DNA of 58,033 nt, counting the filler, from Sphacelaria rigidula (Eukaryota), in assembly GCA_964200075.2 (NCBI GenBank). It is 9 parts of 9 records of this genome, joined end to end, with 100 filler letters (N's around TTAATTAATTAA, not from the genome) between each part and the next. Parts side by side here need not be neighbours in the genome. Positions count along the whole stretch, not along the records: positions 1 to 6,360 come from CAXNAA020020541.1; positions 6,461 to 12,820 come from CAXNAA020020542.1; 7 more parts are not named here. One strand, given 5' to 3'. The notes under the pieces are model-generated. The model was not told where the DNA came from. It worked only from the letters and a program-made list of their open reading frames with translations, and made no database searches. Both the position numbers and the translations under genes were made by a program. Shown here piece by piece: positions 1 to 10,000 of the stretch; position 1 is the first letter of the stretch; each line of letters begins with the position of its first letter.

Positions 1-470
1 GTGGGAGGTGGTGGGGGGGGGGTGGAGGCTCATATTTTGCCTGCCGTAGTCATAATATTATTGATAAGGCATCGCTACAAAGCCGGGGTGCAGCACGCCG
101 GGCTTTCGCTGGATCAGGCTTGTTATCACCAAGTGCGAAACGCCGTGATATGTTCAGCGAGTCGCATGAGGGGTGATCTGCATCCTGCTAAGATTATTCT
201 GCCCGAAGCGTACTGACTGTCTTGCATGTGGATGACAGCCTCCAAATAGTTGCTTTGATCTTCTTGTATCGCCAGGTCCAGAGACAGCCACGGGTGACAC
301 TGCCTCACGATTGTATTGCTGTTTGAGCGCCACGTAGTATGATCATGCCCAATGCGTGGAGTTGAGGTTCTTCCATCCCACACAAAAAGATGCAGCTCCA
401 CCACCACCATGGTTACCGCAAAAAAACACGGCCGAGAAAACGGTAACTTGGTTGCCTAGCTTACGCGACG
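1..470 (-). mobile_element. Dispersed retroposon family B (oligo-C 3' tail, seen as a G-run at the window start)
   Basis: Homologous segments recur at about 21306-21620, 27715-28030, 31643-31750 and 43390-43620 (same orientation) and at 24635-24692, 41120-41220 and 45216-45262 (opposite orientation). Shared text includes atcaccaag(t/c)gcgaa..gcgagtcgcat.agggtgatct. Confidence 0.7.
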
Positions 471-676
471 AGTGGCGTGTTTTTACAGCGTCATTGTCAA
501 ACGACACGAACCCTTGAAACGATTGAAGGGGCTTCCCGGAAGCTTGTGAACTGCCAAAAGTATATCGTCAATAATCAAAGTAGCACTCAGTTTTTATGTT
601 AATTGGTCGATCACTCTGATTGGCGGATAATACTCCATGTGTGGTGTCCTTGGAGTTTTTTTGAATATACACATAT

Positions 677-1075
677 ATGCTGCCGTACCACGAAGTCCCC
701 GAACGAACCAGCTGCGAGCGCATTGAGGCCACCGTGATAAAACGGACCCTCCTATATGCCGGCCACGTTGTACGCATGCACGATGACCGCCTCCCCAACA
801 TAGTTATGCATGGAGTGATGTTTGAAGGGAAGAGGAGGGCAGGCCGACCCGCAAGGCGCCTACAACATTTTATTACCGGCTACTGCTCATACTTCGAGAT
901 ACACGCGACATCGTAGACGCAGGTTGCCCAAGATGTGTCCGAATGGTCTCGAGTTGTAGAGGAGGGGACTAGTTTGTATATGACAGCGTGGATCAAAGCA
1001 CACCAAGCTAAGGAGTTGTTTGACGTCCTGCCTCTAGAGTTCCCCCGGTGCCGACCGAGGACCTCCAAAAAGTAA
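677..1075 (+). mobile_element. RTE-like LINE, 3' remnant of ORF2 (C-terminal region), disrupted by a stop
   Basis: Translation CERIEATVIKRTLLYAGHVVRMHDDRLPNIVMHGVMFEGKRRAGRP...*TQVAQDVSEWSRVVEEG matches the typical RTE-clade C-terminus (GHVxRMxxxRLP, G.R..GRP, A.DR..W). A T-rich tract follows. Confidence 0.75.
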
Positions 1076-1668
1076 CCTGTAGTCCATTCGAGCAGTACAC
1101 TCGCTGCCGCCGTTCTCGGAACAGCTGTTGTAGTCGTATATGAGGGTGCCTGGGGTTGTTTTTTTGTTTTTTGAGTTAATCCCGAACATGGTGGCCGTAC
1201 AAAATCTCCTTGTGTCAGCTGTGTATCCCTGTTTTGTCTTTTATTATCTTCTCCCTTCCTTTCTTTCGGTGTTCATTTTTGACAGACCTGGCGTTTGTTG
1301 TTCGTGTGTTTGTCTGTTTTTCTTTCTTTCTCTTCTCTCCCCATTGAATTCAGGGGAGCTACTTTTCACCGGTTTTCGTGGCGTCTCTCTTCTTATTTAT
1401 TTTTTTGGTAATGTGTCTTGTAAGGAAGAGCAGGAAACGGTATTGGAAAGGCGGGCCTACGTCTGTGACCACGGGTTCGCGAGATCGGACTAATGTGCGG
1501 AAAATAAATAAATAAAAATGATAACACAGGGGTTTATGAATGAGCCTCAAGACTAGGGGTAAGATGTCGTAATAGTTTCAACGAATGGGATGTGACAATT
1601 TTACCCTCATATGAAACCTCGTTCACTACGCCTACCCTTTCTGATTTCTACTGCCGCACTCGGGACAG

Positions 1669-2244
1669 ATCACAGACGTGCTGCTACAGGCTAGACGAGA
1701 AGGCCTGGACGTGCTGGTCGTTCCGCTGAGGAAAGAGTTCGGCCCCACGCTACAGTCCTACAAGACAACGATGCTGGCCGCTCTCAAGCCTCTCCGCATC
1801 AAGTGTCTTGCGTTCGGCGATCTTCACCTGCAGGATCTCCGTGCCTGGCGCGAGCAGACGTTCGGAGCTGCGTTTCCACTGAAATTTCCAGTTTTCGGGG
1901 TTCCATATGATGAGTTGCTGTCCAAGCTATGGACAGAAATTCAAAATGGGGTCGACATCCGAGTGTCGGCTGTGAGCCCAAATCTTGCGGGTACTGAAGG
2001 TCTAGAGGTCGGACGTGTTTATGACGAGTCGTTTATTAAGGGGTTGCCGCAGGGCGTAGATATCATGGGGGAGAGTGGGGAGTTCCACACGCACGTTTCG
2101 CACTGCGAAACGTTTAGTCCTGACGATGAAGGTCATCTGCTGCGAGGAGGAGACGAAACGACGGAAGACAGTGAATCCAGTGATGACGGCAGTGAATCAT
2201 CCGAGTCGGCGTGCTTCTCAAGCAACTCAGTGAGACCGACGTGA
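1669..2244 (+). CDS. Terminal exon of a diphthamide-synthase-domain (Dph6/MJ0570-like) PP-loop ATP-binding protein
   Basis: Pyrimidine-rich acceptor ...gggacag|ATC in frame. Motifs LLQA, AFGDLHLQDLRAWRE, GRVYDESFIKGLPQGVDIMGESGEFHTHV. Acidic/Ser tail and a TGA stop at 2242-2244. Upstream exons were not identified. Confidence 0.8.
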   Translation: MTDVLLQARREGLDVLVVPLRKEFGPTLQSYKTTMLAALKPLRIKCLAFGDLHLQDLRAWREQTFGAAFPLKFPVFGVPYDELLSKLWTEIQNGVDIRVSAVSPNLAGTEGLEVGRVYDESFIKGLPQGVDIMGESGEFHTHVSHCETFSPDDEGHLLRGGDETTEDSESSDDGSESSESACFSSNSVRPT

Positions 2245-3500
2245 AACATGCGCCGTGTCCAGGATTCTTTGTGGTGTCTACCGTGTCGTAGTGTCGTTAA
2301 AGCGTGTTGGAAACTTTGTGATAGGATGAACTCGAGATAGGAGACGACGTGAAATTACTTATTTTTGATATTGCTTCGGCGTTCGAAATCCATTGATTAA
2401 GCAGCAGCTGAGACAATCACCAACACCATGGCTATTTGTCCTGAGTCCTCGTATGAGGCGTGTTGGTGCCGACGCGAGGGAGGAGATGAGCAAGATCGTG
2501 GTATTTTGAAGTAGTATTGATGCGGTTGTCATCAATAAATGATGTTGGCAGGGGAGACACGGGTGCATATACCTGCGTAAATGCGCGCGTCAAACAGAAA
2601 ACTACTCGGGTTTTCGACACCCTCCCACTCCTAACCTGTTCTCAATGGCGCAGCAGAAAAAGCTCACCGTGCAGTCGCTCACTTGCTTTGTTCCTCCTGT
2701 GGATTGCAAGCACGAGATGAGTCTTGTGTCCTTGCCCAGATAAAAAGTCAAGTGGCAAAGCGGGCATGCTCACGGTGGAACAGTCAAAGCAGTGCCATGG
2801 CAGTTGAACTCTTGACCTCGACGTAATAAGAGTTTATGGTAAGTATTGCGGTGTCCCTATGTTAGGAAAGTTTGGTATTGCTGTTTTACAGTATCCGCAC
2901 GTGTGGACGGGCGCAAAGCGATCACTTTCCCTCAGACCACAAGAAGCAATATTTTTGTGAAATTGAGAGTTGAAGATCCAAATGAGAGCGATAAGTTTAT
3001 CCGAAGCGCGCTAGCGGAGACCTTTGAATTGTTCCACGACACTTGTGTTTCCAGCATAATAAGAGGCCCGTTGACCCTTACAGGAGTAGACCTGATGAAA
3101 TGTTCGTACATAATGGTTGACAAGGATGACTACTCGATTTTAGAGTTGATATATTTTAAAAGATGGGTTGGGGCAGGTGAGCAGTGGACCCAGCTCGCCC
3201 AGACTATGTTTTTGTCGAAATCGGAGCCTGCCGCGACGATTCGAAGTCTGCCAACGCACACTTTGCTTAGGGGAAACTTTGCAGCCTCCTCGTCCGAGGG
3301 TCTTGTGCGCCTTGGGTCGGGGTTAGTGTTAGTGTTGTTAGTCTACAACATCCAATGATGTTCCGCATCAGACATTATCTACTAACATTTCTTCACGTCT
3401 TTTTTCGATAGACAGCGAGGGTAGGTCACCTGGTGGATCGGCATCAATTTTCAATTGAAAAAAGTATGCGTGATCCAAATGGACTACCTCCACTGCGGCA

Positions 3501-3755
3501 GTGGCTCAGTTGGTATAACCTCGGAATCTCATGACGGTTGGGTCGTGGGTTCAAATCTCGAAGCGATCTGGGATTTTTTCTCACACCATGCCCAACAGTG
3601 GATAGCGACTATGTCGTGGGTACACAGAATTCGACTTGATGGTCGCCGAGGGAAAAGGACTGCTGAAGCCCTCTCGCGATAAAAAAGGAAAGGCAAGCGC
3701 CGCAGAAGGAAAATGGAGTACCAGAAACAAATGGGACGACACACACACACACACA
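3501..3755 (+). mobile_element. tRNA-derived SINE with (AC)n tail
   Basis: A-box tggctcagttgg, B-box-like ggttcaaatc, conserved body (gactatgtcgtgggtacacagaattcgac) and acacacac tail. Related copies at 4500-4862, 5922-6246, 6280-6350, 27061-27219, 32104-32197, 36231-36450 and 38575-38641. Confidence 0.75.
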
Positions 3756-3775
3756 AATCACGCGCTAAGGGTTAA

Positions 3776-4225
3776 CCCTTAGACCGCGGGGGTAGTCCAT
3801 CTGAATCACGCATACCGTTTTGAAGTGAAGTTGATGCCGATTCAACCGATGACCTACAATACTCTCGTCGTCTGAGGGTCAAGTCTCGGCTCGAAACTTC
3901 CCCTGGTGTGACATACGAAATAATAATTAACGGCTTTCGTACACCTGCACCAGCCACCTGGCAACAGCATGTCGATCGTATGTGCACGCTTCCCGGGGAT
4001 TTGATGGAATCTTATCCTTAACCCTTAGACCGCGAGGGTAGTCTTTCTGGAACATGCATACTTCTTTCAAGTGAAATTTATGCCGATTCAACGGATGACC
4101 TACTCTCGCTGTCTAAGGGTCAACCCTTTGACGGCGAGGGTAGGTCACCTGCTGCATCGGCATCAATATTCACAGTAAACAATTATGCATGGGTCAGGTG
4201 GACTACCCGCATCGCGGTCTAAGGG
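3776..4225. mobile_element. Cluster of ~100-bp piggyBac-type MITEs (3776-3878, 4022-4119, 4124-4225)
   Basis: Termini ttaa|cccttagac(c/a)gcg ... gtctaaggg|t(t/c)aa. TTAA flanks and CCC termini are piggyBac hallmarks. Further copies at about 3409-3497 and 5808-5903. Confidence 0.65.
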
Positions 4226-4499
4226 TTAAGGAAGTATCATGGACAAAGGGATGAACGCAGCGGAAAGACGAAAAATATGACGACTGCACTGTACTGTTGT
4301 TTTATTCGCGCTTCCGTGTACATACAGTACTACAATAGACCTACACTGTCATGTGTACTTCCTGTCTGTAGGCCATGACTCACTTTGCTGTTGAGATGGC
4401 ATTGTGACCATCGTGGAGTTACCGATAGACTTATCGGAACTGACAGACATGCTATAATGTAGTCATGATGTTGTCTGTTCCAGTGTACGCCACTCTCTC

Positions 4500-4862
4500 T
4501 GTGTTGTGTGTGTTGTCGTCGAATAGCGCCAGTCTACACCTTTCGGTATATGTGGGCGCATCAGCCGGGGTCACACAGGAGGAAGGTCAACACAGAAGCT
4601 NNNNNNNNNNTGTTTTATTTGTTTTTATAACCCCACCTTCCTTCTGCGGTGCTTGCCTTTTTATTTTTGATCGCGAGAGAGGTTCAGCAGTTCCTCTCCC
4701 TCGTCGACCGTCAAGTCCAATTTTGTGTACCCACGACATAGTCGCTCTGCACTGCTGGGCATGGCGTAAGAAAAAATCCCAGACCGCTCCGGGAATCGAA
4801 CACCACTACTCAACCATCACAAGGTTATGAGGTTACCAACTGAGCCACCGAGGCGACCGGCC
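4500..4862 (-). mobile_element. tRNA-derived SINE, longer near-full-length copy
   Basis: The reverse complement starts ccggtcgcctcggtggctcagttggtaacctc...gtgttcgattcccggagcgg (A and B boxes), carries the same body as 3501-3755 and ends in an (AC)-rich tail. Confidence 0.75.
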
Positions 4863-6049
4863 ACTCTACCTTGGGTTTTCTGTGCTTTTCTGTGTACACA
4901 AAGCAGCACATTTTTTTCCCTCCATAGTATGTCGGTGTGTGCATCATACATGGATGGAGGATGGAGATGAGCGAGCAGAGAATTTTGAGCTTTGTAATGA
5001 TTTATACAGAGCACTTTTTCGTTTTCGAGCTGGCAGTGGAAAGTCCAGCAGACTCGACCGTGCGACAAGTAGTGAGAGATGAGAGAGAGTGCGACATCAT
5101 GTTATTGCTGTACTACTACTGTACTCTGCGTTGGTTGTGCTGGCTCGGATTGAAATAATTTGACCAAAGTTGCACCACGGTCAGGGTTGTGGTCATGCGG
5201 CGCTGACTAGCCGCACGTGTTTTTGCCATCATCCCAGGGTGCACATGAAGGTCGATGGTGCACCGGGTGCACACTTGATTTTTCCGGGTTAACTAGCCTC
5301 CGTCCATCGGCCGCTTCGTCGATAATCAAAAGTGAGATCCCAAACCATGTTCCCAATGGTAGTTGCAAGGCTTATGTCACCTGATTACAAAGCTTTTAAG
5401 TGCACTCGTTCACATTACAAATTTTGATACCGTCAAGTGACTCTAGTACCAATTGTTCGAACAAATCAACCATACTCTATCGACAGCCGTTCAATGTGTG
5501 AAATCGTGAAACCGCCATGTCATTACGAAGTTACTCCGATTATGATATACAATGAGAGGGTACCCTACCGGTCGGGTACCTTTCCCAAAAATTGAATGCT
5601 CACAATTGTCACTGAAGAATGTTTGCGCTCCGAACCTCAAAGATTGGATTTTTATTGGTTCCGAATATTTTCCGACCGTTTGTTTGGCTATACATTATGA
5701 AATGGTCGCACATACGATCGACATGCTGTTGCCAGGTGGCTGGTGCAGGTGTACGAAAGCCGTTAATTATTTCGAATGTCAAACCAGGGGAAGTTTCGAG
5801 CCGGGACTTGACCCTCAGACGGCGAGAGTAGGTCATCGGTTGAATCGGCATCAACTTCACTTCAAAACGGTATGCGTAATTCAGATGGACTACCCCCGCG
5901 GTCCCTTAGCCCGTGATTCGGGTGTGTGTGTTGTCCCATTTCTTTCTGGTACTCCATCTTCCTTCTGCGGCGCTTACCTTTCCTTTTTTATCGCGAGAGG
6001 GGTTCAGCAGTCCTTTTCCCTCGTCGACCATCAAGTCGAATTCTGTGTA

Positions 6050-6142
6050 CTGGGACGGTTTAAGAGACAACCAACTAGACTACTGACCAGTCAGCGCTGA
6101 CTTGGTCAGTAGTCTAGTTGGTAGTCTCTTAAACCGTCACAG
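6050..6142. mobile_element. 93-bp palindromic MITE with TA target-site duplication, inserted in a SINE
   Basis: Near-perfect loopless inverted repeat centred on tcagcgctga (2 mismatches, 1 indel). Flanked by TA at 6048-6049 and 6143-6144. Other SINE copies show the empty site gtgtacccacg. Confidence 0.85.
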
Positions 6143-6360
6143 TACCCACGACATAGTCGCTATCCACTGTTTGTTGGCCATGGTGTGAGAAAAAATCCCA
6201 GATCGCTTCGGGATTTGAACCCACGACCCAACCGTCATGAGATTCCACACCCTGGACAATATATGGTCAACAGTTGCAATATGTGTGTGTGTGTTGTCAT
6301 CCCATTTATTCTAGGCACCAGTCCACACCTTCCGGTATATAATAGGGTTGCCAGAAAAAT

Positions 6361-6460
6361 NNNNNNNNNNNNNNNNNNNNNNNNNNNNNNNNNNNNNNNN
6401 NNNNTTAATTAATTAANNNNNNNNNNNNNNNNNNNNNNNNNNNNNNNNNNNNNNNNNNNN
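6361..6460. other. Artificial scaffold linker (N44-TTAATTAATTAA-N44); identical linkers at 12821-12920, 19280-19379, 25739-25838, 32198-32297, 38657-38756, 45116-45215, 51575-51674
   Basis: Identical 100-nt spacers containing stops in all six frames, spaced 6459-6460 bp apart. Confidence 0.97.
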
Positions 6461-7074
6461 CCGGGGGTTTTCTTGTGCGAGGGTAATGCGAACCCCAAGG
6501 GGGGAAATCCCCCCCCCCGAGGTCCCCCCCCCCCCCCCCCCCAGTCAAGACCAGGCCGTCCAGCACGAGGCACGGATGTGTGCTTCGCTCCTGCTGAATC
6601 GCAAACTGTACACGCTACACATATCGATCGACTCCGCAACACGTGACTGGGGGCACGCACACAAAACACACAGAAAAGCGTGCGTTCAGACAGGCAACTC
6701 TGCACCATTATCCAGCCTTCCTGGCCTCCCCTTCAACGATGCTTCTCTTGAACAAAAAGATCATCACTTCAAGCCCCTCAAGCAGGTTGTGCCGACGTAC
6801 TTGTCACTTCTCAAATCAACATTCAAAGGTACAACAATACCAGCATCAACATCAATATCAGCTACAAAAAAAAAAAGATCGCCGAGTGTAAAACACAAAA
6901 CACAAAAAGTTATACTCAAAAGTTCGATTGGCATTTCATGTCTTGGCGTCTTGTGCATCAAAACTCCCTTCTTCCCTTTCACTCCCTCTCCCCCTCCGCC
7001 AACCGCGCCCCTTGTCAACAACAAAAACTACCATACAGTCAATACCAAGAAAACAAGACAAGACACACACTCAC

Positions 7075-10000
7075 CAGGAAGTCCTCCACACCAAAAGCGT
7101 CGCCGAGTCCAACAGTACATCCTTCTTCGCAATTCAGGAGCGCAGTATCCGACATCCTAAGCACCCCCTGAACGCTCGGCGCGGCTCCCGAAGGCGCCGG
7201 GGTGGGCACTGGCGCCGGAGTTGCCTGGGGCGCCCTTGTCGTTCCGGGATAAAGAGGCGCCTCCGTGGGCGCATCCACCGCCACAGGCGCCGGCGTCGGA
7301 TCAAACTGCCCCATCGGGGGCTGGGTCCTGGGTATATCTTCCGTCGTCGGGGGGGCTGGGGCTGAAGTACTCACGGGCGCCTCTGGCGCAGACGGTGGGG
7401 TGGTGATGGGTGCACCGTTGGGCTGGGTAGTGCTAGGGATAGCAGTGGGGGAGCCGGGCAGAGCCGGCGGCTGTGTCAAGCTGGGCTCAGTGGTAGGTTG
7501 GTTAAGTGCGACGGGCTGACGGGTTTCGCCGACCTCGAGCGGGGCGTCAGTGATTACACCCCCGGAACTCGGTGCCACGGCCGGCGCTAGGCTGGAGCCG
7601 ACCGGCGGTACCGTTGGCGCGCCGGGATCAACAGGCGATAACGAAGCGTTCGGTTGTGATGTATCCTCAGCGATGGGCGGCATTGTAACCGGGGGTGGTG
7701 AGGGGATTTCCGTCAGGGGCGGGTTTGTCGGGGCGGGCACTGCCGGTTGCGGCGTCTCCACGAACGGAGCTGGCGTAAAACCCACGGCCGGCGGATTTGA
7801 CGATAGAGTCGGCGCGGGCGCTATGGTTGTGTCGGTGTCGGCCGCTGGCGGAAAAGTAGTGGAAAACGGGGATTCGGAGACAGCCGGGGGTGAAGTTTGC
7901 ATGGGAGCAGTTGGTATTGCGGAGGGAGAAGGGGTAATGAAACCCCGCTGCGGCGTTGCGGTTGTGGGGGGCTGAATGACGACGGTAGGGGATGAAGCAG
8001 CAGGGGCTGGTGTTACTTGCGGTACCGTAATACTTGGTTGCGACGTTCCAGAGGGATCGACATCGGTAGGCGCGGCAACCGGCGCAACAGTTATTTGCGG
8101 CGCCAGGCTCATGGGAGAAAAAGTGGTACTGCCTGCGGTCGCCGGTGAGGGTGTTGAGGGGTTAGCTGTAGACATGGGGAATTGTGTAGTAGGGGTGGGC
8201 TCTGGTTCACGTAACCATGATGACGCCGTGGAATGATGGATAGAATGAAAGGTCAATGGTTTTCGTGTGAACGGTAGTTGACGTGGAGGTGGGGTGGGTG
8301 GAGAAGATGAGCACATGATCCAAAAAAAGTCCCCGACAACGCAAAAAAGGGGGAGGCGGTAATGGGAGTGGAAAACAAAGAGAGGCACCACGGGTCAGTC
8401 TCCGCAAAGTTTGATGACACACATGAACAGACGAGCATATCTCAAGTAGCGTCTCAAGAGCAGATCCAAGTCGGTATTTTCCCCCTTCAATCTTCGTGAC
8501 CTTCGAGCATCTCGTGACTCCTTCACTCTGACCTCTGCGAATTCTCTTCACGCAATACGTTGAAAAATGGTATAAAAAGAGAGTCGGAAACATCAACCTC
8601 GCGGTGCTCGACGTTGCGATGCAAAAAAATAGATACCTTTAAAGAGCACAGCAACTGAAAAGCCGCAAACTTAAGTGGCCACAAACGTGAAAGCGATGTT
8701 ACTACTCTCCCCTGTGCCATCTGATGGGCTGCGGAATATAACTTTCATGGCGTTTCATCTCTTTTCTTTTCTTGTTTGTATTCTTGCCCTCGTTAACTCA
8801 CGTGCTGGCGTGGTGGTGGGTGGCAGACCAGGTTCATCAGTGCCCACCGGCTGTGGACACGGAGCATTGGATAATTTGGCACAAGAGCAACAAAAAGGGC
8901 AGACATGAGTGGGAGGGGCAGGTGGGGAACAGATGACGAAACACAGGTAAGATAAGATCCCGTTGCACCGCGCATTGCAAGACACGGGACGACACGAGTA
9001 CGGAAACACACAAGACACGTACACGAGGGTGGCATCCTTATTTCACGACGCCACACCAGACAAACATGTTGCATCAGTTGCACAACACACGCACATATAT
9101 CCAAATGAGGTTGCGTTCGTTCAGTGTACGCTCATTCCAAGAGGGGGCTCGAAAACAGACAACACACCAACACTCGACACACAGGACATGAGACGGCATA
9201 TGAGTGTGTGCGTTCCCTGCAATACGGTGAAACAGGACATGTTCCGTACTTCGGTCCTGTAACCAAATTTCGAAAAGGCTGCTCAATTTTGGTCGGGCGT
9301 TCGAAATAGGATGCCCGTTTTCAAAGGCATACCAAAATAACGATACAACCGCGAGCCCTCCCCACACACTCACATATATCGCAGATCAAAAGCACTCACA
9401 AGCTCATGTTTACAAGAAGTCCATATCTTCTTTACAATAAAAAATCCGTGATATCCAAAAATGATCCGGGTCGGGTGGGCTCAAGTGGCGCGAGGTGAAC
9501 GATTTTTTTTCCCGGCAACTCAACAATCGAAAGTACTCAAGTGTGGGTGTAAACGGGTGAGATGAAGGGGGGGGGGGTACCTGAACGGCCGGCGATGAAG
9601 AAGGCGGGTTGAGAACTGGAGCTGGCGCGGTAGTGGTGTCCTGATCCAAAGGTGCAACGGTGGTTGTCGGCGGCAAATTGCGGGCGACGGGGGATGAGGT
9701 AACCGTGGGCTGCGTGGCCGGGGAAGGCGAGGCGATTGGTGCCGTGACCGGTGACGCCGTGGTGAGCACAGGCTGATGGGGGTACAGCCCAGAAAATGGG
9801 CGAGAATGGAATCAAGGGTATGGCCGCGGTAACAACCGGGATGGTCGTTCGGTACCAGGAGGTGGGCATGGAGAGAGACGGTAGGTGGGTAGCGGGTGCC
9901 AGGTTGAAGGGCGAAGGGGGTGGGGGTGCGGGGCGGGTAGGCGGTTGGTCCGACCCCAGGCGGCAGACGAGGGAAAAAACAGGAGGAGTTGAGTTGTGAC

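Noticed and set aside
2846..3358. 170-aa ORF
   Set aside because: No recognisable domain or splice context. It may be transposon debris and cannot be supported.
3501..3575. Functional tRNA genes (also ~4790-4860, ~22035-22105 and 32104-32180)
   Set aside because: A/B boxes are present but there is no clean cloverleaf. Most are attached to a SINE body; the 22035 copy has only a B-box.
6928..8236. Plus-strand Gly/Val/Ala- or Arg-rich ORFs
   Set aside because: They are antisense shadows of the Pro/Thr-rich minus-strand exon.
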